Virus record (IMG/VR): IMGVR_UViG_3300007735_000801
DNA: 64,000 nucleotides
Direction: 5' to 3' (one strand)
Origin: a virus
Shown here: positions 28,401 to 36,879 of the stretch, piece after piece
Numbering within the stretch: position 1 is the first letter of the stretch
How the letters are laid out: every line of letters starts with the position of its first letter
Made by a program: the position numbers and the translations under genes
The notes under the pieces: generated by a model
Told to the model about the DNA's origin: nothing
The model's database searches: none
Seen by the model: only the letters and a program-made list of their open reading frames with translations

Positions 28401-29156
28401 ATACAACCAAACGGAAGCTGGATTAAAAATACTACTGCTTGGTTATTTGTTTCTAGATTAGATACTATATTTGATGGTAATGAAGGTGATTGTATGGAGT
28501 GTTTAGGAAGAGGAATGCCAGCAATAAGATCAGGAACAACATATCCGTTATCTCAAAATATAAATATAGATAGTTTATTTTATGTTTATTATAATGGAGA
28601 TGTTAATCTTGATGCAAAGCCTATACAAATAACAGAAAAATATACTACACATTTAGACCCTGCTTCGGTAACCATACCAGAATTAGATTTTACACACACA
28701 TATTCCATTATTAATAATAACATAACTTTAAATTTGGAATTATCTGAATTTGTAAAATTAGGAGCCTGGGAAATAGACAAATACGAATGGGTATATTGGT
28801 GGGAATTACCTAATGGTCAGTATTCCTCAATAATTACATGGAGTGAATTGGGTCAAGATTCATTTGAATTGTATCAGAGTACTGCTTCTATGGATAGCAC
28901 TATGTTAAAAGTATACAACGAAATTGAAGGTCAAAAACTTCTCAGATATGTTGTAGTTCATGTTTTATTCACCGCAAGAATGATACAAAGTACTTATAGA
29001 GGACAAGAAGTTAATAAAATAATTAAGATTTATCTAGATACTCCTAGTTCTTTGGTACCACAATCAACCATACAAAATAAAAAAATAAATAACCAATGCG
29101 TTGCCATAGATTGTTCTGGTATTGAATTTTATTGTTCTGGGTTAAAGGACTGCTAA
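25401..29156 (+). CDS. Collagen-like, Cys-rich fibre protein 3 (1251 aa)
   Basis: GNTGSTGNTGNPGPTG repeat; two GSCC units at about 26403-26630; many further Cys; C-terminus CVAIDCSGIEFYCSGLKDC. Confidence 0.65.
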   Translation: MPTIIGNSTIFGIGGNTGSTGNTGNPGPTGARGNLGSTAGPTGGTAVYISTVTFDSARNRLTFVGSNGTNLSVLEGFTGSTGYYSDSRGISATIAAGYLSGLSGIIGGNTFQFLGICGAGTLISSLSTDKTEILITPNVLASSPSYGSTLPNNYIAYTTSSFSATTTKIGVTGTNSILSFGLTADNGATGNSVKVFTDFNEIYFGITGGITLGFSGGVSLNSVVTGYDAGGLVLDLTKYTTYKTTAPIGITAFTSSSDTGAIQAYTFFIEGAEVWNFPKNVYFENTNSGICGYGFLDGMNIVHLWSDNAGLTFNAAFVARGIGEANSTVYTSQIGSCCYSAGTTCLDYTTLRDCNLLGGNFNPLKPCSQTCIEIGSCCSENTCYENTPKSVCEEIAGTYSIGPNCTSAVCGVKTYDLIITELADPLILKTVNKLFTATIRTTDTDPVFVSFPSGVVSNTSESFNAFYAILPNQTIISDMTGLTNGTTLGFYFDNTNTPTISGALGTLPILLQDTNRDTQKVKNIDVVYRPEGSGCGGCVSAFQIAGGFSTVRYCNDCYTINSSGLQQFSRVQTQSGTINFCIASSGCGFTLSVNCINVDEVIDLDDCKITGANIDDNSLLCPHREYKFLDNNCVGCENSAKPYLSLAHTHCKGATLDGGVTSGYYYTYNFNNEMYGYLNDAGITAIADISKIEKGLKSAISNSKKNNKPLLYNKDNMLTGITYTNYATCCPVNNTPDIVLDFSAGRRIFVYQIQVVRRTGWNGHVEGEWGTGGLGMSTKGSPCNGVDGMWDYYYALVSTEVDATDSIMPPPINSCMTIIPFAEIAEGIIKRDCTFESIVNVSNLFYFNFLGEIVNGTNDVKLNNGKLVWNNNPTWFSDYRFFQSEVFQGYPASGLNYYSHIFHKTIGNFTTTLKRNNEFRRYFWGPGYCNGGDFGTVLCSNTVQNRCILSSSIGFSNSIKTNPDILDNLCYFGYSHAIELFVASDPDTGIPIEITPTLYDIQPNGSWIKNTTAWLFVSRLDTIFDGNEGDCMECLGRGMPAIRSGTTYPLSQNINIDSLFYVYYNGDVNLDAKPIQITEKYTTHLDPASVTIPELDFTHTYSIINNNITLNLELSEFVKLGAWEIDKYEWVYWWELPNGQYSSIITWSELGQDSFELYQSTASMDSTMLKVYNEIEGQKLLRYVVVHVLFTARMIQSTYRGQEVNKIIKIYLDTPSSLVPQSTIQNKKINNQCVAIDCSGIEFYCSGLKDC

Positions 29157-29157
29157 A

Positions 29158-30396
29158 ATGAGTATTCAATTTAGAGCAAGAACTATAAGTACAACTGTTG
29201 AAGCACATACGCCACCAATTAGTGGCGATTCTACTACTGGTTGGTGTTGTGGTGGAGGTAAAAATGCATTATCTTCTAAACCTGAATGTGATGCTGCTGG
29301 TGGTTATTTTTTATCTGGTCAGACTAACAGAGACGCATGTCCTTCTTGCGTTGCTGGTTTTGCTCCAAATTTTGGATCATTAGGATCATGTTGTCATTAC
29401 GAAAAACAAAACGGATTTTATACATTATTTTGTGCGGATGTATATTCAGACTTTGAGTGTGCAGATTTGCACCAAGGAAAAGAAGAAGGTCTTCGGTATC
29501 AATTTAATCCGAATGATACTTGCCAAGGATCCACTGCAGGAAATTCGGTTTGTGAAGTATCTAGTACTCCTTTCGGAAATTGTTGCACTCAAAACGTAGA
29601 CGGAACTGTGGATTGTTCGATTACATTCCAATCTGAGTGTTCTGGTTTTTGGTCTTACCCTGTAAACGGTATTTTGTCTTGTGTGGATTCTACTCCATGT
29701 TCTGGAGTTTATTTCACAAGTATTGCTGGAATCACACCCAGAGCTTCATTAACTACATTGCAAAATTCGACAAATTATATTCAAACTCTACCAGCAACAC
29801 CACAAATTTATCAAGGTGGTTTGTATGTTGGCATATTTAAACCAGGATCTCCTATTAATACTAAAGGAGTAACGTTATACGGAAGTCCATATACAGGAAA
29901 CGCAAATCAATACGTCTCAAGAGGAAATGGAATAGGAACTTCAGAAAAGAGTTGGATATTGGTTGCTGCTACTAAAGATTATTTCTACCTTCCAATGAAT
30001 TCAGAAAGTTTGGCTGGAAGCACAATGAGTACCTCTATTTACGACGGACTTCTTAATACTTATGGTACGGAATCCAGTAAAGCTAATGTGTATTATTCTT
30101 TGGATACTTACAGCTTAAATGGTTTTGATGATTGGTATCTGCCTAGCCAAGAGGAATTAGCATTTTATTTCCAAAATGTAGAGTATGGGTTTGCGCTGGA
30201 TAAACAGTACACAAAACTTACAGAAGGTCCTTATATGACTTCTACAGTGTATGATAATGGCATTCAAAACTTTAATAATACATATTTTGTGTATTCTCAG
30301 AATGCAGCACAATTTACCTACGGAAATGTTAATCTTGTTTCCAGGAATATTCCATTAAATATTCGTTTATTTCGAAGAATTTACTTGGATTCGTGA
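29158..30396 (+). CDS. Cys-rich protein with C-terminal DUF1566/Lcl (C-type lectin-fold) domain
   Basis: GWCC, GSCC and GNCC units; YQGGLYVG; LNGFDDWYLPSQEEL...YMTST...RLFRRI. Confidence 0.72.
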   Translation: MSIQFRARTISTTVEAHTPPISGDSTTGWCCGGGKNALSSKPECDAAGGYFLSGQTNRDACPSCVAGFAPNFGSLGSCCHYEKQNGFYTLFCADVYSDFECADLHQGKEEGLRYQFNPNDTCQGSTAGNSVCEVSSTPFGNCCTQNVDGTVDCSITFQSECSGFWSYPVNGILSCVDSTPCSGVYFTSIAGITPRASLTTLQNSTNYIQTLPATPQIYQGGLYVGIFKPGSPINTKGVTLYGSPYTGNANQYVSRGNGIGTSEKSWILVAATKDYFYLPMNSESLAGSTMSTSIYDGLLNTYGTESSKANVYYSLDTYSLNGFDDWYLPSQEELAFYFQNVEYGFALDKQYTKLTEGPYMTSTVYDNGIQNFNNTYFVYSQNAAQFTYGNVNLVSRNIPLNIRLFRRIYLDS

Positions 30397-30398
30397 TA

Positions 30399-30406
30399 TA
30401 TAAATA
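30399..30406 (+). promoter_or_regulatory. T4-type late promoter
   Basis: Intergenic TATAAATA followed by AGGAG RBS and ATG 30431. Confidence 0.85.
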
Positions 30407-30430
30407 TATACATTATTAGGAGTTTATATT

Positions 30431-30997
30431 ATGGGATGCGGATGCAATAAAAACAAACAAAATCAACAACCTGCTGCAGAAGGTGAAACGCCAGTTTCTC
30501 CAAATCTGGAATTCAGAAAAGAATCTAATCCTCAAGACATTAAGGGACTTCTTTCTCGTAAGATAGGAATGGTTCAAAGCTTTGCTTCGGCTCTAGTAAG
30601 TCGTGGCTTAAGTGATCAAAAAATTAACAAATCAGCAAAACAACTCCGAGCAATTAGTTGTTTTGGTAACAAGCATCTTGGAGGACAACTTCCTCCTTGC
30701 GAGTATTTGAAAGACAGCGAAACACCAGGAAAGTTCTTTTGTGGTGGCTGTGGTTGTGGAGATAAGCCACACACATGGTTGACTATTGAAGGTGAGGAAT
30801 ACAGCAAGTTGGATTATCCCAAGCTTACCTGTCCGCTCCATATGCCTGGATTTAGTAATTACGAAGCAAGCAAGCCAGACGAATCAGTTTCTCCGATTAC
30901 TCGACGTTATTATATTGAACAGATTGATTTTGGTGAAGTATTAAGATTAAATGTTACTTTGCCTGAAAAACCCCAAGATCCTCCAAAACCAGAATAA
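30431..30997 (+). CDS. Cys-rich hypothetical protein (MGCGC...CGGCGC)
   Basis: 188 aa with 8 Cys; own late promoter and RBS. Confidence 0.8.
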   Translation: MGCGCNKNKQNQQPAAEGETPVSPNLEFRKESNPQDIKGLLSRKIGMVQSFASALVSRGLSDQKINKSAKQLRAISCFGNKHLGGQLPPCEYLKDSETPGKFFCGGCGCGDKPHTWLTIEGEEYSKLDYPKLTCPLHMPGFSNYEASKPDESVSPITRRYYIEQIDFGEVLRLNVTLPEKPQDPPKPE

Positions 30998-31013
30998 CGT
31001 AAATTAATTTTGC

Positions 31014-31021
31014 CATAAATA
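31014..31021 (+). promoter_or_regulatory. Late promoter variant for gp13
   Basis: Intergenic CATAAATA ending 15 nt before ATG 31037. Confidence 0.65.
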
Positions 31022-31036
31022 CTATAAAGGGATCCT

Positions 31037-31837
31037 ATGGCAAAACCTACTTCAAGAGAAACATTAATTCAGTACAGTCTCAGACAATTGGGTTCTCCAG
31101 TTGTCGAGATCAACGTAGATTGGGAACAATGCGAAGATCGTCTAGACGATGCCCTTCAATACTTTACAGAGCGTCATTTTGATGGTGTGCAAAAGGTATT
31201 TTTTAAATATCAATTAACCCCTACCGACATAACCAATAGGTACATTCCTACTGAAGATATTGTGTCTCCAAATGAAGTAGACGGTCCTACAGGCAAACAA
31301 ATTGTTTCTATTGTTAAGGTTATGCAGTTTGGAATGTTTGCAAACATTAATATGTTTGATGTTCGCTATCAACTAGCTTTATCAGATTATTTTGGTATGA
31401 ATCGAAATCTTGGTGGAAATGCCTCTATGGGATTGGCTGCATACGATAGTACCAAAAGATATATTAAATTGATTGAAGATTTATTTCAGCCAGAAAAGGC
31501 TATTGAATTTAGTAAAGTTACTAATAGATTATACTTAGATATGCAGTGGAGTACTGAAGTTGTGGCTGGAGATTGGTTGGTAATACAGGCTTATGCAGCA
31601 TTAGATCCAAATAAATTTACTGAAATTTTTGATGATCGTTATCTCAAGCGATACGTTACTGCATTAATCAAACGCCAATGGGGAGCTAATATGGCAAAGT
31701 TTGATGGTGTAGCCCTTCCTGGTGGTGTTGTAATGCGAGGTGGACAGATTCAAAACGAAGCTGCTGGCGAAATTGAACGAATTGAAGAAGAAATTAAACG
31801 TGAATATGAACTTCCTATCGATTTCATGACAGGATAA
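31037..31837 (+). CDS. gp13: Neck protein gp13
   Basis: LRQLGSPVVEINV, DDALQYFTERHFDG, LIKRQWGANMAKF.GV.LPGGV. Confidence 0.96.
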   Translation: MAKPTSRETLIQYSLRQLGSPVVEINVDWEQCEDRLDDALQYFTERHFDGVQKVFFKYQLTPTDITNRYIPTEDIVSPNEVDGPTGKQIVSIVKVMQFGMFANINMFDVRYQLALSDYFGMNRNLGGNASMGLAAYDSTKRYIKLIEDLFQPEKAIEFSKVTNRLYLDMQWSTEVVAGDWLVIQAYAALDPNKFTEIFDDRYLKRYVTALIKRQWGANMAKFDGVALPGGVVMRGGQIQNEAAGEIERIEEEIKREYELPIDFMTG

Positions 31838-31838
31838 A

Positions 31839-32774
31839 ATGGCAACGAATCCATATTTTAAAAAGGATTATTCTGGAGAACAGGATGTCCTTGAAGATCT
31901 TACAATTGAACTCATTAAAACTATGGGTCGAGATATGTATTATATTCCTAGAAATATTTTAGATATGGACATAATATTTGGAGAAGGTCTTCAAGTCAAT
32001 TACAAAAATGGTATTCCTTTAGAAATGTACATTGATTCTGTTTCTGGATTTGATGGTCAGGGAGATATTGCTAGTAAATTTGGTATCGAAATTAGAGACA
32101 ACATTATGTTGACTCTTTCCAAGAAACGATTTAAGGAAGAAGTACAAACTAGATTTGTTAGTATAACCAGACCACGAGAAGGCGATTTAATTTATTTTCC
32201 TTTAGCAAAAGCTATATTTGAAATTAATTTTGTTGAACACGAAAATCCATTTTATCAATTTGGAAAATTATTTTCATACAAATTAACCTGTGAACTCTTC
32301 ACTTATAATCAAGAAGAAGTTACAACAGGAACTACAGAAATTGATAATGTTGTAAATCAAAATCAAGAATTTTTTACACTATTATCTCTATTACCAACAG
32401 TATCTGGACAAACTCAGGGATTATATACTGGAGAAAAGGTGTATCAGGTCAATGGTGTTACTGGTAGCGGAGCAACATTATCGAATGCTACTTGGACTGG
32501 TTATATTGCGTATCCTGGCACTACAGGACTTGCTTATGTTAGTGCTACTAGTGGTAATATATTAAATTCAGCAACATTATCTTATACTATTAGGGGTGAT
32601 TCTAGTAATTTGGAATTCTATGTTATATCTAAACAAACTGGAGTTACGTTAGCAATTGTTAATGATGAGGATAGAAGTATACAAGGAGATAATGCTGATA
32701 TTTCTTTAGAATCAAAAATTAAAGGTTTAATAAATTATACCGAAACCGATCCTTTTTCAGAAGGTAAATATTAA
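31839..32774 (+). CDS. gp14: Neck protein gp14
   Basis: EQDVLEDLTIE.IK..G.D.YYIPR, SKFGIEIRD, RPREGDLIYFP, FEINFVEHENPFYQ, DPFSE. Confidence 0.95.
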   Translation: MATNPYFKKDYSGEQDVLEDLTIELIKTMGRDMYYIPRNILDMDIIFGEGLQVNYKNGIPLEMYIDSVSGFDGQGDIASKFGIEIRDNIMLTLSKKRFKEEVQTRFVSITRPREGDLIYFPLAKAIFEINFVEHENPFYQFGKLFSYKLTCELFTYNQEEVTTGTTEIDNVVNQNQEFFTLLSLLPTVSGQTQGLYTGEKVYQVNGVTGSGATLSNATWTGYIAYPGTTGLAYVSATSGNILNSATLSYTIRGDSSNLEFYVISKQTGVTLAIVNDEDRSIQGDNADISLESKIKGLINYTETDPFSEGKY

Positions 32775-33460
32775 TGTTTACTTATTATAAAAACGATTCA
32801 GTTCGAAAATTGGTTATTGGTTTTGGTAATTTATTTAATGGTATTCAAATTGAACAGACCAATACCGATAATAGTAAACGAATATTTAATGTTCCATTAT
32901 CTTATGCTTCTAAAGAAAAATTTATTAAGCGTTTAACCGAACATAGTTCGATTAGTGAAAATACTCGTATTGAAATTGGTGTTCCACAGATGTCATTTGA
33001 ATTGGTTGGATTAGTCTATGATCCTGCTCGTCGAATGAATAAGTTGTCTACAATGACACAGGTTAGTGCTGACCAAAATTCACTTGCTGCATCTTTTACA
33101 GAAACTCCTTATAATTTTACATTTAACTTGTACGTATACACCAGAAATATTGAAGAAAATTTGCAAATATTAGAACAAATATTACCGTATTTTTCTCCAG
33201 AATTTGTTATCTCTTTGAATATGACTGATATGCATCAGGCTGTTGATGTTCCTATAGTTCTTGCTCAAACAAATCTAACACAGGAATATGAGGGAGATTT
33301 TTCTACTAGACGAAATATTGTATCAACATATCAATTTACTGCTAAATCGTATGTGTACGGAAACACTAATCAGAATTTTGCTACAACCTTGAGAAATGTC
33401 AATATAAATACTAGTGATAATCCGTTTACCTTTAGTGATTCTTATGGTCTAACTGCATGA
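32774..33460 (+). CDS. gp15: Tail sheath stabiliser/terminator gp15
   Basis: RKLVIGFGNLFN, VPLSYASKEKF, PQMSFE, LQILEQILPYFSPEF, YEGDF. Confidence 0.95.
   Translation: MFTYYKNDSVRKLVIGFGNLFNGIQIEQTNTDNSKRIFNVPLSYASKEKFIKRLTEHSSISENTRIEIGVPQMSFELVGLVYDPARRMNKLSTMTQVSADQNSLAASFTETPYNFTFNLYVYTRNIEENLQILEQILPYFSPEFVISLNMTDMHQAVDVPIVLAQTNLTQEYEGDFSTRRNIVSTYQFTAKSYVYGNTNQNFATTLRNVNINTSDNPFTFSDSYGLTA
33403..33410 (+). promoter_or_regulatory. Possible late promoter for gp16-17
   Basis: TATAAATA in the 3' end of gp15, 46 nt before the gp16 start. Confidence 0.55.
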
Positions 33461-33897
33461 GTGATAATGATATTATTTCTAAATCTCTAGACTTGGCATT
33501 TTCTGGTATAACTGCCGAAGCTATTGTCCCTCCAAAAACAACCAATATTGATGGTGATTTTGATTATGCTCGTGAAAATATCAAACAATTAATTGCCAAT
33601 GGATCTGATGCTATCGATGAGATTATTAAAATTGCCAAGGCTGGCGATAATCCAAGAGCATTTGAAGTGGTAAGTTTATTATTAAAAACCGTGGCAGATA
33701 TGAATAAAGATCTGATTGATCTATACCAGAAGACTAAAGTTGTAAAAAAAGAAGAAACAACAATCAACAACACAACAAATCAATCTATATTTGTTGGATC
33801 TACTAGTCAACTACAGGATCTCATTAATAAAGATCGTAGTCGTATTAAGTCTATTAAGAGTCAACAATTTTTAGAGAATGATGAAAATGGGATCTAA
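33457..33897 (+). CDS. gp16: Terminase small subunit gp16
   Basis: DFDYARENI, NPRAFEV, NQSIFVGSTSQLQ. Confidence 0.92.
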   Translation: MSDNDIISKSLDLAFSGITAEAIVPPKTTNIDGDFDYARENIKQLIANGSDAIDEIIKIAKAGDNPRAFEVVSLLLKTVADMNKDLIDLYQKTKVVKKEETTINNTTNQSIFVGSTSQLQDLINKDRSRIKSIKSQQFLENDENGI

Positions 33898-35572
33898 GAA
33901 AAAGCATGGGTATTTGGGCAATCCAAATCTCAAACAAATTAGTACTGATGTAGAGTTCACAAAAGAACAAGTTGCAGAGTACATGAAATGTGCCAGCGAT
34001 CCTGTTTATTTCATTAAAAAATATATTAAAATTGTTACTCTAGATAAGGGTCTTGAGCCTTTTGAGTTGTATGATTATCAGGAAAAGATGGTGGAAACTA
34101 TTCAAGATAATCGTTATATTATTGCAAAACTACCACGACAATGCGGTAAAACTACAACTGTTGTGGCTTGGTGTGTACATTATATTCTGTTTAATCAGAG
34201 CGTAAATGTGGCTATTTTGGCTAATAAACTGAAGACTGCCATGGAAATTATGAAGCGTGTCAAGGAAGCATACGAGTACCTTCCAAAATGGCTTCAACAA
34301 GGCGTAGTGGAATGGAACAAGACTTCTATTCAGATTGAAAACGGATCTCGTGTTTTGGCTTCTGCTACATCTGCTAGTGCTGTCCGTGGTGGTTCATACA
34401 ATGTTCTGGTGCTTGATGAGTTTGCCCACGTTCCTTCTAACATTGCAGATGAATTCTTTAGCTCGGTATACCCGACCATTACGTCTGGTCAAACAACCAA
34501 AGTTATTATTGTGTCTACGCCTAACGGTATGAACATGTTTTATAATTTGTGGCAAGGAGCCACACGCAAATCAGAAGAAGAAGGTAAGAGCGAATACGTT
34601 CCTATTGAGGTTCATTGGAGCCAAGTACCTCTATACTCTGGCGGTCCTCTTCGTGACGAAAAATGGAAAGAAAGAACCATAAAGCAATTGGGTGGTGGAG
34701 CTGGTGGAGAGCAGCGTTTCGACAGTGAGTACAATTGTGATTTCATCGGCTCTTCTAATACTCTAATTTCTACAGCAAAGCTTCATACTCTAACACATAA
34801 AAAACCAAAAACCAAATCCAAAGAAGGTCTCTGGGTCTACGAAGAACCTGTAGCAAATAAACCTTACATCATGACTGTAGACACTTCCAGAGGACAAGGA
34901 AAAGATTACAGCGCAATCTTGGTATTTGACGTATCAGATACTCCGTATAAGATGGTGGCAAAATACAGAAATAATATTATTTCTCCCATGTTGTTTCCTA
35001 CCATGATTGATGCTCTTGGCAGGAAATACAACACAGCCTATGTTTTGGTGGAAGTAAATGATATTGGTAGCCAAGTAGCAGACATTCTTCACTATGACTT
35101 GGAATACGAACATGTTCTTATGAGTACCAATAAAGGCAGAAGTGGTCAAGTACTAAATGGAGGGTTTGGTAAAGGACAGACTCTTTTCGGTGTTCGAACC
35201 ACCACGCCAGTTAAGAAATTAGGATGTTCTATTCTTAAGAGTTTAATTGAACAGGACAAACTTCTGGTAGAAGACGAAGAAGTTATTTCCGAACTGTTGA
35301 CCTTCATATCAAAACATAATAGTTATGCGGCAGACGATATGCACACAGACGACCTTGTGATGTGTATGGTGTTGTTTGCTTGGTTGACAAAGCAACCGTA
35401 TTTTAAAGAATTGACTAATGTGGACATCAGAAAAGAACTTTTCGAAGGTGAAATTAAAAAAATTGAAGAAGACGACTGGTTCAGTTTCGGGTTTATTTCC
35501 AATGTAGACGACGAAGAACCCCCTCAATCGCAGCCAGATTCAGAAGAACGTGACTTTTGGTCTAAAGCGTAA
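33887..35572 (+). CDS. gp17: Terminase large subunit gp17
   Basis: YLGNPNLK, PRQCGKTT (Walker A), LDEFAHV (Walker B), IIVSTPNG, DDLVM; start may be 33878/33881/33887. Confidence 0.98.
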   Translation: MGSKKKHGYLGNPNLKQISTDVEFTKEQVAEYMKCASDPVYFIKKYIKIVTLDKGLEPFELYDYQEKMVETIQDNRYIIAKLPRQCGKTTTVVAWCVHYILFNQSVNVAILANKLKTAMEIMKRVKEAYEYLPKWLQQGVVEWNKTSIQIENGSRVLASATSASAVRGGSYNVLVLDEFAHVPSNIADEFFSSVYPTITSGQTTKVIIVSTPNGMNMFYNLWQGATRKSEEEGKSEYVPIEVHWSQVPLYSGGPLRDEKWKERTIKQLGGGAGGEQRFDSEYNCDFIGSSNTLISTAKLHTLTHKKPKTKSKEGLWVYEEPVANKPYIMTVDTSRGQGKDYSAILVFDVSDTPYKMVAKYRNNIISPMLFPTMIDALGRKYNTAYVLVEVNDIGSQVADILHYDLEYEHVLMSTNKGRSGQVLNGGFGKGQTLFGVRTTTPVKKLGCSILKSLIEQDKLLVEDEEVISELLTFISKHNSYAADDMHTDDLVMCMVLFAWLTKQPYFKELTNVDIRKELFEGEIKKIEEDDWFSFGFISNVDDEEPPQSQPDSEERDFWSKA

Positions 35573-35583
35573 ACTCCTAGAAA

Positions 35584-35591
35584 TATAAATA
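35584..35591 (+). promoter_or_regulatory. T4-type late promoter for the sheath operon
   Basis: Intergenic TATAAATA upstream of AGGAG RBS. Confidence 0.88.
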
Positions 35592-35624
35592 ACGAGTAGA
35601 ACTAACTAAATCTTAGGAGAAAAG

Positions 35625-35699
35625 ATGTCGCAATTATCAAATAACTTACAACTTGAATTTGTTTATTATCAATACTCTAATCAAAAGGAATATCGCTAA
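35625..35699 (+). CDS. 24-aa leader ORF coupled to gp18 (MSQLSNNLQLEFVYYQYSNQKEYR)
   Basis: Strong AGGAG RBS after a late promoter; its TAA overlaps the gp18 ATG (TAATG). Confidence 0.45.
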   Translation: MSQLSNNLQLEFVYYQYSNQKEYR

Positions 35700-36865
35700 T
35701 GGCAACACCTGAATCTGATTCTCCTCTTATTGCTGGCGTAGTATCTTTTAATGGACTAATTCCTATATTTGGGAATACTGGTGCTAACGGAACCACAGCC
35801 GAAACTAGTATTGGTTTAATGACAATTCCTTCATATAATGATTGGATTGCTCGTTTAAATTCCAGTCCATATCAGACCACAGGTCCTACAGGTGCTTGGG
35901 TTAATGAGTGGTGGGCTGTATATAATTATCTACAATACGGTGGAATTTGTTTGGTTGGTGGAACAGGAACTACTGGAGATTATTATGGTGGAACTGGAGG
36001 AGTTTTAACTGCTTCTAACACCCCATTACACAACAAGAGCATAAGTACTTTTGACGTAGTATTCGATGCAGGAAATACGTATTCTGCTCAAGCAGCCTAT
36101 AGTATTGCTACCACGAGACGAGATTGTGTTGCTTATATTGGAAATTACCAGAGTATTACTGGACTTCCTTTAGGTGCAACTTATTCAGGTGAAACTGCAG
36201 ATTTTGGTGTGACTCAAGGTACGACTGGTACAGAGTATGTGGCTTTTATTGCTGGTCGAAAGAAATTTTTAAGTGATGTTGGACAGTCTACTGGCGTAGT
36301 GTTTACTGCGAATTTAAGTCCAGATGCTGCTGGTTGTGCTGCTCGTACCGCAGCATCCACTTCGTTGTGGGTTCCACCTGCAGGAAAAATTCGTGGCAGA
36401 ATTCTTAGTGTAATTAACTTGCAACAAAATTTCACTGTATCAGATGCCGATTATTTGTATGCTGGTAATGTAAATCCAGTGAAAACTTTTCCAGGAGAAG
36501 GTACGTTTCTGATGGGTAATAAAACATCATATTCTAGTACTAGTGGATTAGGGTATATAAATATAGTAGCAATGATTGCTTATTTAAAGAAACAATTATT
36601 AATTATTGCTAATTCGCTTTTATTTGAAGCAAATACTGTGGAGTTAAGACAACAGTTTCTTTCTCGTGCCACTCCAATATTAGAATCTATTAAATCTGGT
36701 AACGGCATCTCAGCATACACAATTGTTTCAGATTCAAGTAATAATACGCCAACAACAATGGCAGCAAATAAATTGATTGTTGATATTACTATAAAACCAA
36801 CTTCATCTGTTCAAACAATAAGTATCACTGTTGTTAATAGTGATACCTCCGAAGTCTTAATATAA
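35699..36865 (+). CDS. gp18: Tail sheath protein gp18 (compact, 388 aa)
   Basis: NYLQYGG, RRDCVA, WVPPAG.IRG, LYAGNVNPV..FPGEGT.LMGNKT, LFEAN, IKPT. Confidence 0.9.
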   Translation: MATPESDSPLIAGVVSFNGLIPIFGNTGANGTTAETSIGLMTIPSYNDWIARLNSSPYQTTGPTGAWVNEWWAVYNYLQYGGICLVGGTGTTGDYYGGTGGVLTASNTPLHNKSISTFDVVFDAGNTYSAQAAYSIATTRRDCVAYIGNYQSITGLPLGATYSGETADFGVTQGTTGTEYVAFIAGRKKFLSDVGQSTGVVFTANLSPDAAGCAARTAASTSLWVPPAGKIRGRILSVINLQQNFTVSDADYLYAGNVNPVKTFPGEGTFLMGNKTSYSSTSGLGYINIVAMIAYLKKQLLIIANSLLFEANTVELRQQFLSRATPILESIKSGNGISAYTIVSDSSNNTPTTMAANKLIVDITIKPTSSVQTISITVVNSDTSEVLI

Positions 36866-36879
36866 GGATATAGAAACAC

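Noticed and set aside
30230-30396. DGR variable repeat
   Set aside because: No reverse transcriptase or template repeat seen in this window; kept only as an open question
12004-36563. Intragenic TATAAATA hits at 12004, 28559 and 36556
   Set aside because: Inside coding sequence, 120 nt or more from the next start, in AT-rich DNA; chance occurrence is likely, so not called as promoters
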